Below, piece by piece: positions 11,184 through 23,522 of a DNA stretch of 64,000 nucleotides. A program made the position numbers and the translations under genes. Below the pieces are notes generated by a model, which was not told the origin of the DNA, searched no databases, and saw only the letters and a program-made list of their open reading frames with translations. This DNA is from Mantamonas sphyraenae STR306 (taxonomy: Eukaryota > Protista > CRuMs). The stretch lies in contig JAPMXV010000029.1 in the NCBI GenBank assembly GCA_026936335.1, positions 186,001 to 250,000 on the forward strand. The letters are read 5' to 3'. Each line of letters begins with the position of its first letter. The stretch's first letter is position 1.

Positions 11184-12291
11184 TCACCTCCCGTTCTGCG
11201 GAGGCGGTTTGAGCCCGAAGCAATGCTTGAGCTCGCTGCGATACTTGTTCTCATTGACCACACTGTGGCTGCCTGTGCGACACACCGCCTGACAGAACGC
11301 ATAGCTGGTGCGAAGGTTGCTTGTGCGCTGTCGGATGTCGTCGTGGCTGCGCAGCTTCTCAATCAGATCCTTGTGTCCCGGATGTTGGCAGCACGACACA
11401 CAAAACTCATACCTGCGACAGCACTTGTGCTTGTTGTTGCACGAATGGCACGAAAAGCGACCAAACTTGGCCTGAGCTGCCGCACGGGGGGCCTTGAGTT
11501 GCAACAGGTGGATGTCCTCCGCCTCGCCAGTGCCAGTGGAAGCCCCCGGTGTCGTCTCATCGCTTCCGCCTCGTCCTGTGCCTCCTCCTCCTCCTCCTCC
11601 TCCTCCTCCTCCACTGCCCTTCTGTGCGTGCTCCAACATGTAATTCTGGATGCAACACCGCGAGGTGGGTTCCAGGTGCTCCACGTAGCAGGTGAACCCC
11701 CTGCTATCTGTGGCATACGTGGCACCCGAGGCCACACTGACACAACGCCACCATTTGCTCAATGTGCCTCTGCTGCTCAATGTGTGGATGAGACTGGCAT
11801 CACCTGCAGGAACCCCTTGCAGTGATTCCAACTTGCCTCCTCCCCCTCCCCCTCCTCCTCCTGCTTTGTCATCGTCATCGTCGCCATGGCTGTGTCCGCC
11901 TGCTTGGACGCTGGTCTGCACGAGCAATCCGTCGCCTTGGGACCCCAGAGTGATGGTCCGTGTGGCAAGCCGTGCTTCTTTGTCTCTCGACCGACGCAGA
12001 GACTCGCGGAACCGCTTGGCTGCACTGCTCCACGTGTCCTTTTCATCCTGTTCCAATGAGCCACGCAACGGCCCCGTCCACTCGCTGTTCAATCCGTCGT
12101 CGTCGCCCAATCCTGCGCCGGTTCCGTCCCCGGTTTCCTGATCACCATTCCCACCACCTTGCCCCGCCCGGCCCGCCATTGTGCTCCACGCTCCACAGCG
12201 ACGACACAAGCGACATTTGTGCAAAGACGTTGAGTCCGATCACCAGCGTGGCCAGCACCAGCAGCAGCACCATCCACGTGCGCCACGTCAT
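11184..12291 (-). CDS. SPRING1/C12orf49-like type II membrane Cys-rich protein; apparent +1 frameshift near 12163
   Basis: C-terminal CC..YEFCVSCC...FCQAVCRTGSHSVVNENKY.SELKHCFG motif. The N-terminal TM segment (MVLLLVLATLVIGLNVFA) is in a different frame and joins at a GGGG run. Confidence 0.8.
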
Positions 12292-12314
12292 CCAGCCCGA
12301 AGCCCGACAAAAAA

Positions 12315-13727
12315 ATGTTGGCTCCGCGTGGCAGGCCCTCGTCATCCACACCCTCATCATCATCATCATCATCATCAAGCACGCCATCGTCCTCATCCAC
12401 ACCCGCCCCGCTGCTGTTTCCCCAACGTTCGGGACTGGCCAACGACAAGTATCGGCGTCGACGAGGACGGGCAGGGGCAGCGGGGCAGCTGGACCTTCGT
12501 CGCCTGCTGTTTGGTTTGGTGGGCTGCGCTGTGGTCACACTGCTCCTCACATGGCTGCTGGGCATCTCTGTCCCCTCTGTGTTGGGTGGATGGATCATGG
12601 GAGGCAAGGAGGGTGGCGGCAGCGGCACCGAACACAACACCCTGGTCAACCGCCTGGTGCTCACCATTCCCGTTTCCCTGGCAGACAACATCGACAGCAT
12701 CCACGCACGGTTGCACACATGGTCACGTGAGGGCACCCTTCCGTGCACGTCGACACCTGTGAGTGCCACAGACCTGGCCTTTGTGTACACGGGCAACTGG
12801 GAACAGGCGGCGGCCAAGAAGGCACAGCTGTTGCGTGCCGTCAGTACGCATGCGTTGAAACGCTGTTTTTCTGCCATTCGGTTTGTGTCGTGTGACATCC
12901 CACCGGAGAAGGACACGTATGTGCGGTCGAAAACCACGGGCACCATGGTGGGTAGCAACGGACCCCTCCTGCACTTCCGTTGCCTCCTCTTCAGTCCCGA
13001 TGTGTTCAACCACTACGATTACGTGCTGAACATGGAACACGACGTGCGCATTGTGGCCGACAATTGGCTCAGTCGCGTCAACGCCGACCTCCTGCCCGTC
13101 GCCCGTCGCAACGACATCTGGCTCCTCTACAATCGCTTCTTTGGGCCCGAACCGCAGGACAACAACGATCGCAAACGACGCAACTATTATCTCAACGGCA
13201 GCGCCGCCCTCTTTCGTACGGGCTCCCGTTCCTTTCGCCAGTTTGCCCTCGAGTGTTTCGATCGCTACGGTGGCGAGACTGCCTCCCACGACTTTGACAA
13301 CCTCCTCAGTGCCTGTATGCCCCGTTGTCCCGCCGTCAACGCCTCCCTCACAGAGGATGACGAGTGGATCACCCATTCCTGCGCTCCTCGCTACGGCGTC
13401 TCCTCCGCCTTCTACCACGCTGTGGGTCGATGGTCCCATCCAAACCCCGTGCCCATGCATTCCTTTGACCTCCCTCAAGGCACACTCTTCCTCCACTCTG
13501 GTCAGTGTCTGCAAGAGGATCTCCAAGAGATGAAAGGGCTGGCCAGAGCCATACGACACACCAAGGAACACGCCTTTGACCTCGACGCACACACAAAACT
13601 CCTCCAATGGCTTCATAATCGATCCAAAGTCACCATGAACCAACTCGATCTCGATGGCGACGCCCTCTGGCGACGTGCTGAGGAGTTGTTTCTCGATTTC
13701 CAAAAGCTCCTGAACAAACGACTGTGA
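12315..13727 (+). CDS. Type II membrane protein, putative GT-A-fold glycosyltransferase
   Basis: Basic tail, one TM helix (LLFGLVGCAVVTLLLTWLLG) and YDYVLNMEHDV (DxD-like after a beta strand). Function inferred. Confidence 0.55.
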   Translation: MLAPRGRPSSSTPSSSSSSSSSTPSSSSTPAPLLFPQRSGLANDKYRRRRGRAGAAGQLDLRRLLFGLVGCAVVTLLLTWLLGISVPSVLGGWIMGGKEGGGSGTEHNTLVNRLVLTIPVSLADNIDSIHARLHTWSREGTLPCTSTPVSATDLAFVYTGNWEQAAAKKAQLLRAVSTHALKRCFSAIRFVSCDIPPEKDTYVRSKTTGTMVGSNGPLLHFRCLLFSPDVFNHYDYVLNMEHDVRIVADNWLSRVNADLLPVARRNDIWLLYNRFFGPEPQDNNDRKRRNYYLNGSAALFRTGSRSFRQFALECFDRYGGETASHDFDNLLSACMPRCPAVNASLTEDDEWITHSCAPRYGVSSAFYHAVGRWSHPNPVPMHSFDLPQGTLFLHSGQCLQEDLQEMKGLARAIRHTKEHAFDLDAHTKLLQWLHNRSKVTMNQLDLDGDALWRRAEELFLDFQKLLNKRL

Positions 13728-13745
13728 TTGCGATTTTCCTGTCCA

Positions 13746-15951
13746 TCACTCCCCATCCCCGCTACTTGCCACCATCATCTTGCGTGCCAGCTTCTCGATC
13801 AGCGAGCGCTTGGCCAGAACCTCGACCCACTCGCCGGGGATGCGCTCGACGCCGTACAACGCCCCTGCCAACTGACCATACACACATGCGGTGGTGTCTG
13901 TGTCGCCGCCCACCTCCACTGCCATCACACAGCCGCTTTCAAAGTCTTCGCTGCCATGTAAGGCCCACAGTGCCACCTCCATGGTGGCCACACAATTGCC
14001 CAGGCCACGGATGCCATCCGGAGGTGATTTGTCCTTCCACGTGCCCTGCACCAATTCCTGCACCAGCGACGACCGGAAAGGACCTGCTTGTTCCATGTAC
14101 GCCGTGCTCAACACCCGCTTCTTGCTCTCCCCGTCGAGGAGGCCCCACAGCAGGTGTGCCAGGAGCTGGCAGCACTCCACACAGTTGATGCTCGCGTGTG
14201 TGGTCAGCGACGACTCGCCAGCCAATTGCAACGCACGCTCGTGACTCTCACGCCCATAACACCACAGCACCACGGGTGACAATCGCATGATCGACCCATT
14301 CCCGTACGGTTTCCTCTCCTCGTCAGCCCATACCTCCATCAGCGGTTCTCGCATCCACTTGCTGCGTGTGATGCCAGCCTTGACGGTGGCCCCAATGTCA
14401 AAACACTTGCCATTGGCACTCATGTAGCCCTCCTTCCACCAGCGCCGATACCGTTTGACCTGGTCCAGCGCATCAAACTCCCCGCAGCTCGCCAGCGACG
14501 CTGCGAGACACAACGCCATCGACGTGTCGTCCGTAAACATACCCGGTTCCAGCTTGTGGGGTCCCCCACCCAGCATGCCCTCCACCTTGAAGCTGCCCCA
14601 CGGCTGGAATTCAAACTGCGACCCCAGCGCATCTGCAACGGCCATCCCCACCATGCTCCCCACACATCGCCCCTCCAAACTCACTGCCTCACTCAACGCT
14701 TTGGGAGCATGCCTTGTCACTGTGCCCTCTTCGTCCATCAGGTGCATGTGTCCAAGCGACACCTGTTTCGTCAACACCGTCACCGGTTTGCTCTCCCCCG
14801 ACGACGACGACGATGACGACGACGATGAAGTTCCCTTGCTCGTCCTGTCCATCCACACTGCTGGCCAAAGAGAGCAATCCCTTGTTCAGATGCACCTGCT
14901 TGGCGACCTGAAGAGCCTTCTTGCCCTTGGCACTCGCTATGGCCTTGCTGCGTGCCTTTGACTGCCGTTTCTTGATACTGCGCGCCTCTACGGCGTCGTT
15001 GTCGTCCACACTACGCATGGGACTCATCAGCTTGCCCGCCTTGGTCACCCGCGTGCCTACACTCGCCTCGATGCGTTCCAACTCCTCCGGGTCCGGCTTG
15101 TGCAGGTACACGCGTCCCACTGTGCTTGCATGCAGGCCATTAAACACAAACCAGCCTTTGTTTCGTGGCCGCATGAATCCGTCCTTGTCCTGCATCAGCC
15201 CCTGTGCACTGGGCATCCCGGGAACGTACACCTTGTACCCACGGTGTTCGTACCATTGCAACGTACGCTGGCCCACAGCAAGCTCATCGTTCAGATAGCT
15301 GTTGTCCGCTTCCAGTGTCTTCTTCTGACGTGCCACCTCCTTCTGTCGCAGCCGCTCCTTCTCCAAACGAAGTTCGCTCAACCGCTGCCATTCCTGCAGC
15401 AGGCTGTCGCTGCTCTTTTTTGCATGGATGCTGCTGCTGCTCCCTGCCCCGTTGCCCCCATCCTTGCCTTTGCCCTTTGCGCCCGCCTTGTTCCCGCTTC
15501 CTTGTCCCGTTTTCCCTGCTTTGCGCGCCTTCTTCTTGGCGCTGGCGTTTCGCCTGAATCCGTTTGCTCCCTTTCGCATCAACGCCACCGTCGTCTCCCC
15601 CAGCGCAGATTTCAGCTCCTCCCGCTTGTCTGTCCACGTCACACCGGCCACTGTGATCTCTGCCTCCGTTGTCTTGGCCGTGTCCTTTGTCCCCGACGAG
15701 TTGGACGACCTTCGGCTGCTGCCACGCGACCCGCTCCTGCTTGCCTTGGTCTTTCTCGTCACCCCTCCAGCTTTCGCTGTGGTCTTCTTCAACGTGCCTT
15801 TTTCCCTTTCCCCTTCCCTTTGCCATCCTCTGTCCTTTTCTTCTTCTTCTTGCTGCTCTTTCCCGCCGAAGCTACGCCCGACATTCGGTGGTGGTGGTGG
15901 ATTTCCTGACCTGACAACCGATTCCTTTTTGTTGCCTGCCCCGTCGCACAT
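13746..15951 (-). CDS. ADP-ribosylglycohydrolase (ARH/DraG-like) with a long basic N-terminal extension; apparent +1 frameshift near 14834; start 15951 or 15826
   Basis: Motifs GMAVADALG, GMFTDDTSMALCLA, GKCFDIG, GNGSIMRLSP, SSLTTH, GGDTDTTACVYGQLAGALYG. The upstream 422-aa frame joins at CAAGGGAACT. Confidence 0.8.
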
Positions 15952-15952
15952 C

Positions 15953-16118
15953 TTCACTCACTCTTCGCCACTCACTCAGCCACACTCTCACCTGGCCGTC
16001 GTCGCCCTGACATCGTTGAGCCGATGCAACACGGCTTCACTCACTCATCACCACTCACTCAGCCACACTCTCACCTGGCCGTCGTCGCCTTGGCGTCGTT
16101 GAGCCGATGCAACACGGC
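15953..16118. repeat. 83-bp tandem duplication covering the 3' end of the channel gene
   Basis: 15953-16035 versus 16036-16118, 5 mismatches. On the - strand the copies read AVLHRLNDAKATTAR* and AVLHRLNDVRATTAR*. Confidence 0.9.
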
Positions 16119-19100
16119 CAGTGCCTGAGCAATCTCCGCCGAGGTTGGCAACCCTGTGCGCTCACCCATGCCCGGGACGGCGGGCGTTTCCGCCCCTTCC
16201 TGCTCCTCCTCGTCGCTGTCCTGACCGCCGTACTCGTTCAACGCCGAATAAGTCGGCTCCGTATCCAAAAAGCCGCCGCCGTCGTCGCCTTCGCCCTCCT
16301 CCTCGTCCGTGCTCCACGAGTCCAACCCAGAGTCGCTGATCTGATCAAAGGAAAAGTCGCTGTCCAGCTCAGCGTCGCTCTCTGCAAGCATCACCTCCTC
16401 GTACAGCAGATTGGCCGACTTGTGTTTGTCCTCCACGCCCTTGTCCTTGCCCGTTTGGTTGTCGCCGCCCTTCTTCTGCTCGCTGGCCACTGTGCCACGT
16501 GCGGCGATGCGTGTGCTGCCCGTGTCCAGATCGGGCACGTAGACAATGTCCAGACTGGTCTCAAACTCGACAATCTTGTTGGCTTGATCCCAGGCTGCCA
16601 CCGCGTCGTACTCCTCGTTGACACTCTCGTACTTCTCGGACAACACGGCAATGATCAGGTTCAGCAGCACCAGGAAACTCACCACGAAAAAGATGATAAA
16701 CAGCACGCGGCCCATGAACCAGTTGGCTGTTTCCAACTCCTGCAGGTCCACGTCGCCAAACAGAGCGCGCAGCAACGTGTAGATCGACCGCGGGTAGTTG
16801 GAGAAGTTTTCGATCTGGTAGCCGAACGAGTTGTAGAACGCCATCGTAAAGGCAAGCGTCACCACAATGAACAAGATCAGGAATTGGAACACGCTCTTCA
16901 CCATGCTCAGCAGCGCGTGGATCATCATCGACCCGGCCTCCTTGAAGATCGACAGGTACTTCAGCACCTTGACTGTGTGTGTCCGTCGTCGTCAGTTGGT
17001 TGTGAATGGGTGTGTGTGTTAGTGTGGTGCCCCGTACCATCCCATCCCATCCCATCCCAACCCATCCCCCCCCCCATCCTAACCCGCATCCCCACTTACA
17101 AAAGGCGAAAAAGAAGGTCATCGAGATGGCGTCGTTCCAGTAGCTCAGGTGATCGTGCAGGGGCACCAGGTTGATGTATGCCACCTTTGTCTGATCGACG
17201 AGGTTGGCACGCAGCAACTCCATGCGTGCGCTGACGTACATGATGTTGCCCAGATAGATAATCAGCGTCAGAGGGATGCCGATGTCCATGATGTTCCACA
17301 CCCCCCACCACCAGCGCATGCCGTTGGCCAGCACAATGCCCGGCTTGTTGTTGAACAGACCCGGCAGAAACTCGATGCGATACATGGGATCCTCGGTCAG
17401 GTGGTTGTCGTACGCCTCGTTGAGCCTATAATGGGTCTCTGCGCGCATGATCCACCGCACCAGCTCCATCAATTCCAATATGAGTCCCAGAATGGCCAGG
17501 CACATGCTGGTCACAATCAATCCCCAGTACAGCCCACTGGGATCCGTCGTCGTCGCCTGGTACGACGTGGTCACGTAGCTGTGACCACTGCTCGGGTATT
17601 CAATCAACACCGCCACAAGCACCAACGCCTTGGTTTGGTTGTTAAACACACTTGCGTCCAACCGGATGGCCTCTGTGTATGGGTCCACATACTGCTGCTG
17701 CACCAACGTGTCGATGGCACGGTGCATCTCCGGCAGCGTGCGTGTGGGCACCAGCGTGTGGAATGCGTTGTTTGTGTACCTGCGCAGGCGACCCCACATG
17801 CCCGTGCCATTGTTGCCAAACGGACCTTGGTACGCCTTTTGCAATGTGTGGAACTGTGTCCCGTTGCCATACGCCGTCGTGTTGACACATGCCGATCCAC
17901 ACAAGCCCAGCCACTCCAGCACACGCTCCTGCGTCGTTTGGTTGATCACTCGACGCCATTGCCGCAGGCGCACCTGGTTGCCCACCACCCTGTTGAACAA
18001 CCACCGCGACGCAGGCACTTCCATCGACGCGGTGGTAGTGGTGGACCCATTCCCCGGCGGCGCAGATGGTAAGCCTCCACCCGGGGGTATCGAGCCATCC
18101 CGAGCCGGAGGAGCCAGGACGGGCGCCACCGTGTCTCGCATCCAATCCCAAAACTGTTCACTGCTGCCACCGTCCTCCGGGGCCAGGTTGCTGGAGACGG
18201 CGTTGGTGAGTTCAAACAGCGGGATGCGCCTGTTCTCAGCCGTGGCCAGCAACACAATGACCAGCATCAGGCCGTACAGGAGACCCGCCCACACGTTGAA
18301 CCACTTTGCGGAGTAGTAGGGACCACGCAGCACGCTCGCCGTCGTCTTGCGCGTGGTGTTCTCCTCGTACCACAACTGCGTGGCACGCTGCACCTTGGGA
18401 CTGCGGAAAAAGTCCAGGTGGTCGCCTGTGCACTCCAGCACCGCCGACGTGAGCACGCTGAATGTCGACACATTCGTTTCGGACAGCAGCTTGATGTTGA
18501 CCAGGTCGTCTTCATCGTCCAGCAGCAGCTCCACGTACTGCTCGCATTGCTCCTGGTGTGCCACCGTGTGCACCGTGTTCTCTCCACGTGCGTTTTTCAC
18601 ATGCACGTCGGCGCCCCTGTTGATCAGCCACTCAAACACCACAAAGTTGTCGTTCTCCGCCGCCACCTGCAGCGCTGACTCAAGGTCACCGTCCCGCTGG
18701 TGGTTGAATGTGTGCCGAACAGTCTCCACGCGCGTCTGGTTGCTGCTCAGAGACAGACACACCTCGTACATGGAACCCTGGTGCTGATCGATCAGGGTCA
18801 ACAGCTGCGCTTGCTGTGGATGTTTGCTTGCTGCCATGACGTGGTAGAGTGACCCGTGACGCGACACAGTGCCCGCCCAGTACGGGTACAGCGACAGGGC
18901 GTGTTGGATGACAGACACGGGCACGCGGTTGGCCACTGCCAGTTGGATGGGTGTGTAACCCATCCAGTTTTCCATCTGGTTCTCGCGCCCTACAAACTCG
19001 TCCACGTACAGATCGGTGTTGCGAGTGTGCTCACGCAACATGCCGCAGATGATGCGTTGCCTGCGTCGCAGCTGCTTGTTCATCACCATCGTGTCAAACA

Positions 19101-21135
19101 GGTCGTGCCACGGCAGATTGTCCAGCATGTCGCGTCGGTTGCACGCCACACGGTCGTCCAGTGGCCCGTCACGCTCGTCCACAAGCAACACGTTGACTGC
19201 TTTGGGCAGCACCATGCCGCACGCAAGGTGAAGCAGCGTTTTGCCAAACAGGTGCTTGGTGCTTGTGGAACAGCTCGCGGTGAAGCCGTACTCCTTGCTC
19301 CAGCGCGGGTAGTGCAGCACAAACAGATGCTCCATGTGCAGAATGAGCATAAACGCAAGCGTCAAAATGGCGTTGTCCTTGTCGGAGAGCGCGTTGGGCG
19401 CGTCCGGGTTGTTGCTTTCAAGCAATTGCGCCTCGGGAATCTGGCCAAACAGCTGCGCCAGCTCCTCGTCGCTGCGCTCGATCAGCGAGCCCACGTGCAG
19501 GTTCTGCAGGTGCATCTGACGCATCTGAGGATCCAGGCACAACACAGTGTGTTGCGCCTCCAGGCTGATGGCAGCACGCACGTCTCGGTCGAATTCGAGC
19601 TTGTATGGCTTTTCCTGATTCAGGAACTTGCTGATCATGTGTGCGCGGAAAAACGCCCGGTCTGTCTGGAACTTGTTAAAGTCGTGAGGCGACACATCGA
19701 TGCCGTGTTTGCTCGTTGATGTCCCTTGGCGTCCCGGCAGCGAGTCGTACGGGTTCAGCCCCATCGAGAGAATGTGTGCAGGCGGCATCGACGCCACGTC
19801 GGGGCTGCGCGCCTCAATCGAGTTGTAGTAGACCCGAAAACACTCCACAAGCATGGTGTTCGGTTCGCGCACAATCGACGACAGGGCGTACCGTTCGGTG
19901 GCGCCGCGTGCAGGTTTCATCACGTACTCGATGGGATGGAACACATCCTTGTATGCCCCGCGACGGATGCTCTCCAGCACCTTGGCCTTGAGGAACGGAA
20001 TCTGGTGCACGGCCGTTTGGCTACTGCCCAGTTCGTGCAAGGCCTTGGCACGTCGAGCACGAAGGCTGGCAGACAGATCCGTGCCAGCAGAGCCCAGGGC
20101 GGACAGCGGCGGTAAACTCTCCAGACTGGCACTCAACGACGCCGCATTGCCCAGCTCCTGCATGGGCATCATGGCACCGTCATCCATCTCGGCGGCGATG
20201 TTGTCGTCGCCGCCACTATCGTACCCCTGTTCCCCCGTAGCAGCAGCACCTGTGGGCGAGCGGGAACGTGCGAGTTCGCGCATCGTCGAGGCTGGCGACT
20301 GAAACGCACGTGTGGAAAGTTGCGAGACGAGATGCGGACGTTGTTGTTGAGCTGTCCGGGAGCTGCTGATACCAATGCTACTGCTGCTGCTGCTGCTGGT
20401 GCCACTGTTGATGTTGTTGCTCCCACTGCTGCTGCTCACCGCCGCATGGGAGGCCGACTTGGCCGGCGCCCGTCGCACCTTGTGATTGCGCGACACCTTG
20501 TGGGGAGGGTTGGGCAATCTCAACTTTGGCGGATTCTGGCTTCCTGTGCCAGAGCCTGGATGAGGCACACGTGCGGCTGCAGAAGGGAGGGGAAGGTGTG
20601 GCGCCGAAGGCAGCGAGGCGGCGACACTTGCCAAACCTGACGTTTGTGCTTCGGCTTGCCCGTCGTCGTCGTCCTCGTCGTCATCGTCGTCATCGTCCAC
20701 TGCAGCCTCCTTGTTGGCGTTGGAGGAGGACGAGGAGGCAAAGGGCACCGCAGGCAATGCTCCAGGTGGCTGGGGAAGCTGCGCACGGGCACGCTTGCCC
20801 GGAAGCGATGCGGCAAGGGACGACTTGGATGATTTGATCGTTGCGTGGCTGCTCTTGGACCGTCTGCTCTTGGCCCGTGGCGACGTATATGTGTCAAACT
20901 CTGCATACTGGTCAAAGTTGCTCTGATACACCGAATTGCTGACCGAAACCTGTTCCGGTTGCACCTTTGACTTGCGCACAGACTTGCGTTTGCTGCGCCG
21001 TTTCTGGTGGATCGCTTCCCCGGACGCCTGCGCCTCCGAAGACCCTGCGCTTGGCTGCCCCACACCGGCGGCGGCCGATTCCGGCGCCAATGAGGAGGAG
21101 GAGGAGGATGAGGAGGATGAGGATGATGATGACAT
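16071..21135 (-). CDS. Ankyrin-repeat polycystin-2/TRP-like cation channel; intron 16973-17099
   Basis: Ankyrin motifs (GKTLLHLAC, GYTPIQLAV, LINRGADVHVKNARGENTVHTVA); TOP/polycystin-type segment (QYVDPYTEAIRLDASVFNNQTK...IEYPSSG); WNIMDI in S3; pore and S6 (LLRALFGDVD...FLVLLNLIIAVLSEKY). The GTAAGT...CAG intron is in phase. Confidence 0.85.
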
Positions 21136-21246
21136 TTGCTGTGCCGGAGCAAGGGCACGCGGTGTCACCCAGCTCCTCACACACACACACACACACACAT
21201 GTTTGCACGCAACACCAGCACACGGTGTTGTCGTGCAGTGAAACCG

Positions 21247-23413
21247 ATGGCGATGCGTGTGCATACGCTACAGCGTGGCACGGTGCGAAGTGTGGGTGGT
21301 GGTGGTGGTTCGACGACGGTGCGAGGAATTTCCGGCGGCCTGAGTGTCCGACGCAGCGCCGGTCAACCTACGCGTGCACACGCGGTGGAGTGGTCGCACA
21401 AAGGCAGAGCAAACAATCACACATGGGCGGGCATGCAGATGGTGTCGCGGGAAACCAACATCGTGCCTCGTCCACTCGCACACACAACAACAAACGGAAA
21501 CGTGGTGACGCGAGGGGTGCTGCGACGCACGATGACGTCGTCGTCGCGAAACACAAGCAAAGAGGACAACCAAGTGGCGGAGAAGTTGAGTGGGGTGGCA
21601 GAGGCAGCCACAGAGACGTCTGCGGCCATGGCAAAACGATCGTTGTCCCGTTTGGACAGTGTGGGAGGCTTGAAGCGGCTGTGGCTTGTGGCCAGGGGTG
21701 AGTGGAAGACACTGACGGTGGCAGTGGCTGCCATGGCAGTTGGATCGGCGGCCTACCTGGTGCTTCCCATGGCCATGGGCACGATTGTGGACAGTGTGAC
21801 GGGGCGCGAATGATGCCTACACCATCGAAGAGGTCGCCGCAGGTCTGTTTGGAATCTTTGTGGTGTCTGGAATGGCCACATACATCCGATGGACATCCAT
21901 CATCAAGGCCAGCGAACGCATCACAGCCATCATCCGCAAAGATCTGTTTCGTGCCATTGTGCGCAAAGATGCTCCGTTCTTCGACCACAATCGCAGTGGT
22001 GAACTTCTCAACAGGCTCTCCAGTGATGCCACTGTGATTTCCACTTCGTTGACAAGCAACGTGAGTGCCTCCCTGCGCAGTGCCGTGGAGGCGGTCGGAT
22101 CCGCAGCGTTTCTGTTTTCCATCTCCCCCAAACTTGCCCTCGTCAGCCTCAGTGTACTCCCTCCCCTCGCTGTGGGTGCCGTCACCATGTATGGACGCCT
22201 GTTGAAGAAGTTGTCGCGTGAGCTGCAGGATTCGCTGGGCCATGCCTCCGAGTTTGCCGAGGAACGCATCTCCAACATCTCCACCGTCAAGTTGTTTTCC
22301 ACAGAGGAGCGAGAAACGGACCGGTACGGCCACTTGGTGGAGGATGCCTACGACCTGGGGTTGAGTGTGGGCAAAAAGCGCGCACAGTTTTTCACAGCAA
22401 CCATGTTTGCAGGCAACCTGAGCATGCTGGCTGTGCTTGGGTACGGATCGCATCTCATCCAAATGGGGGAAATGACCATTGGCGACCTCTCCTCCTTCCT
22501 CATGTACTCCATCTACATGGGCATTGCCTTCTCGGGTCTCTCGAGTCTGTATGCGGACTTTATGAAGGCCATCGGGTCGTCGGAGCGTGTGTTTCAGCTG
22601 ATTGACGGCCCCACGGAGCAGGTACTGCGTGCTGGTCGCACCCAGGGCGTGGATGTGTCACACATGCGTGGAGAAATCGAGTTTCGTGACGTGCACTTTC
22701 GCTATCCGTCGCGTCCGGACCTTCCCGTGTTGCAAGGGTTCAATCTGACCATCAAGGCCGGCTCCGTGGTGGCTGTGGTGGGCCAGAGCGGCAGCGGAAA
22801 GAGCACGATTGCCAATTTGATTGCTAAATTGTATGACGTGGAACGTGGGCAGGTGCTCATCGATGGGGTCGATGTGCAGGACATCGACTCCAGGCAACTG
22901 CGCAGGCAGCTGGGCGTGGTTGCCCAGGAGCCCGTGATGTTCACAGGGACCATTCGAGAGAACCTGGAGTATGGATTGGAGAGGAGTGCCAGTGTGGAGG
23001 AGATGGATCGCGTGTGTAATCTGGCCAACGCCAGCGAGTTTGTTGATCGGTTGCCCAAGCGGTACGAGGAGCCCGTGGTGGAGCATGGCAACAACCTCAG
23101 CGGTGGACAGAAGCAACGACTGAGCATTGCACGTGCCCTGATGCCAAATCCAAGTGTGTTGCTGCTGGACGAGTTCACGTCGAGCTTGGACAATCGCAGC
23201 GAACGGCTGGTGCAGGAGGCGTTGGAGAAACTGGTGAATGCGTCCAGTGGAAGCAGACATACGGTGCTCATGATTGCACATCGCTTGTCTACGATTCGGT
23301 ACGCCGATGAGATTGTGGTGTTGGATCAGGGACAGGTGGTGGAACGTGGCACTCACGACGAGCTGATGGCCCTCGGCGGCCAATACGCACGTCTGGTGTC
23401 CTCGCAAGTGTGA
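21247..23413 (+). CDS. ABCB half-transporter, ABCB10/MDL1-like (probably mitochondrial); apparent +1 frameshift near 21803
   Basis: TMD motif FFDHNRSGELLNRLSSD, Walker A GQSGSGKST, signature LSGGQKQR, Walker B LLLDEFTSSLD, IAHRLSTI. Arg/Ser/Thr-rich N-terminus. Confidence 0.9.
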
Positions 23414-23522
23414 ATGGAATGAATCTCACCCCTCCCTTGACCCGTCTCTGTCTCTCTCTTGCACCGCAACCAGGGTGGGATGTTGCTGCACCAGGCAGGG
23501 CAACTCGACGACGAGGACGACG

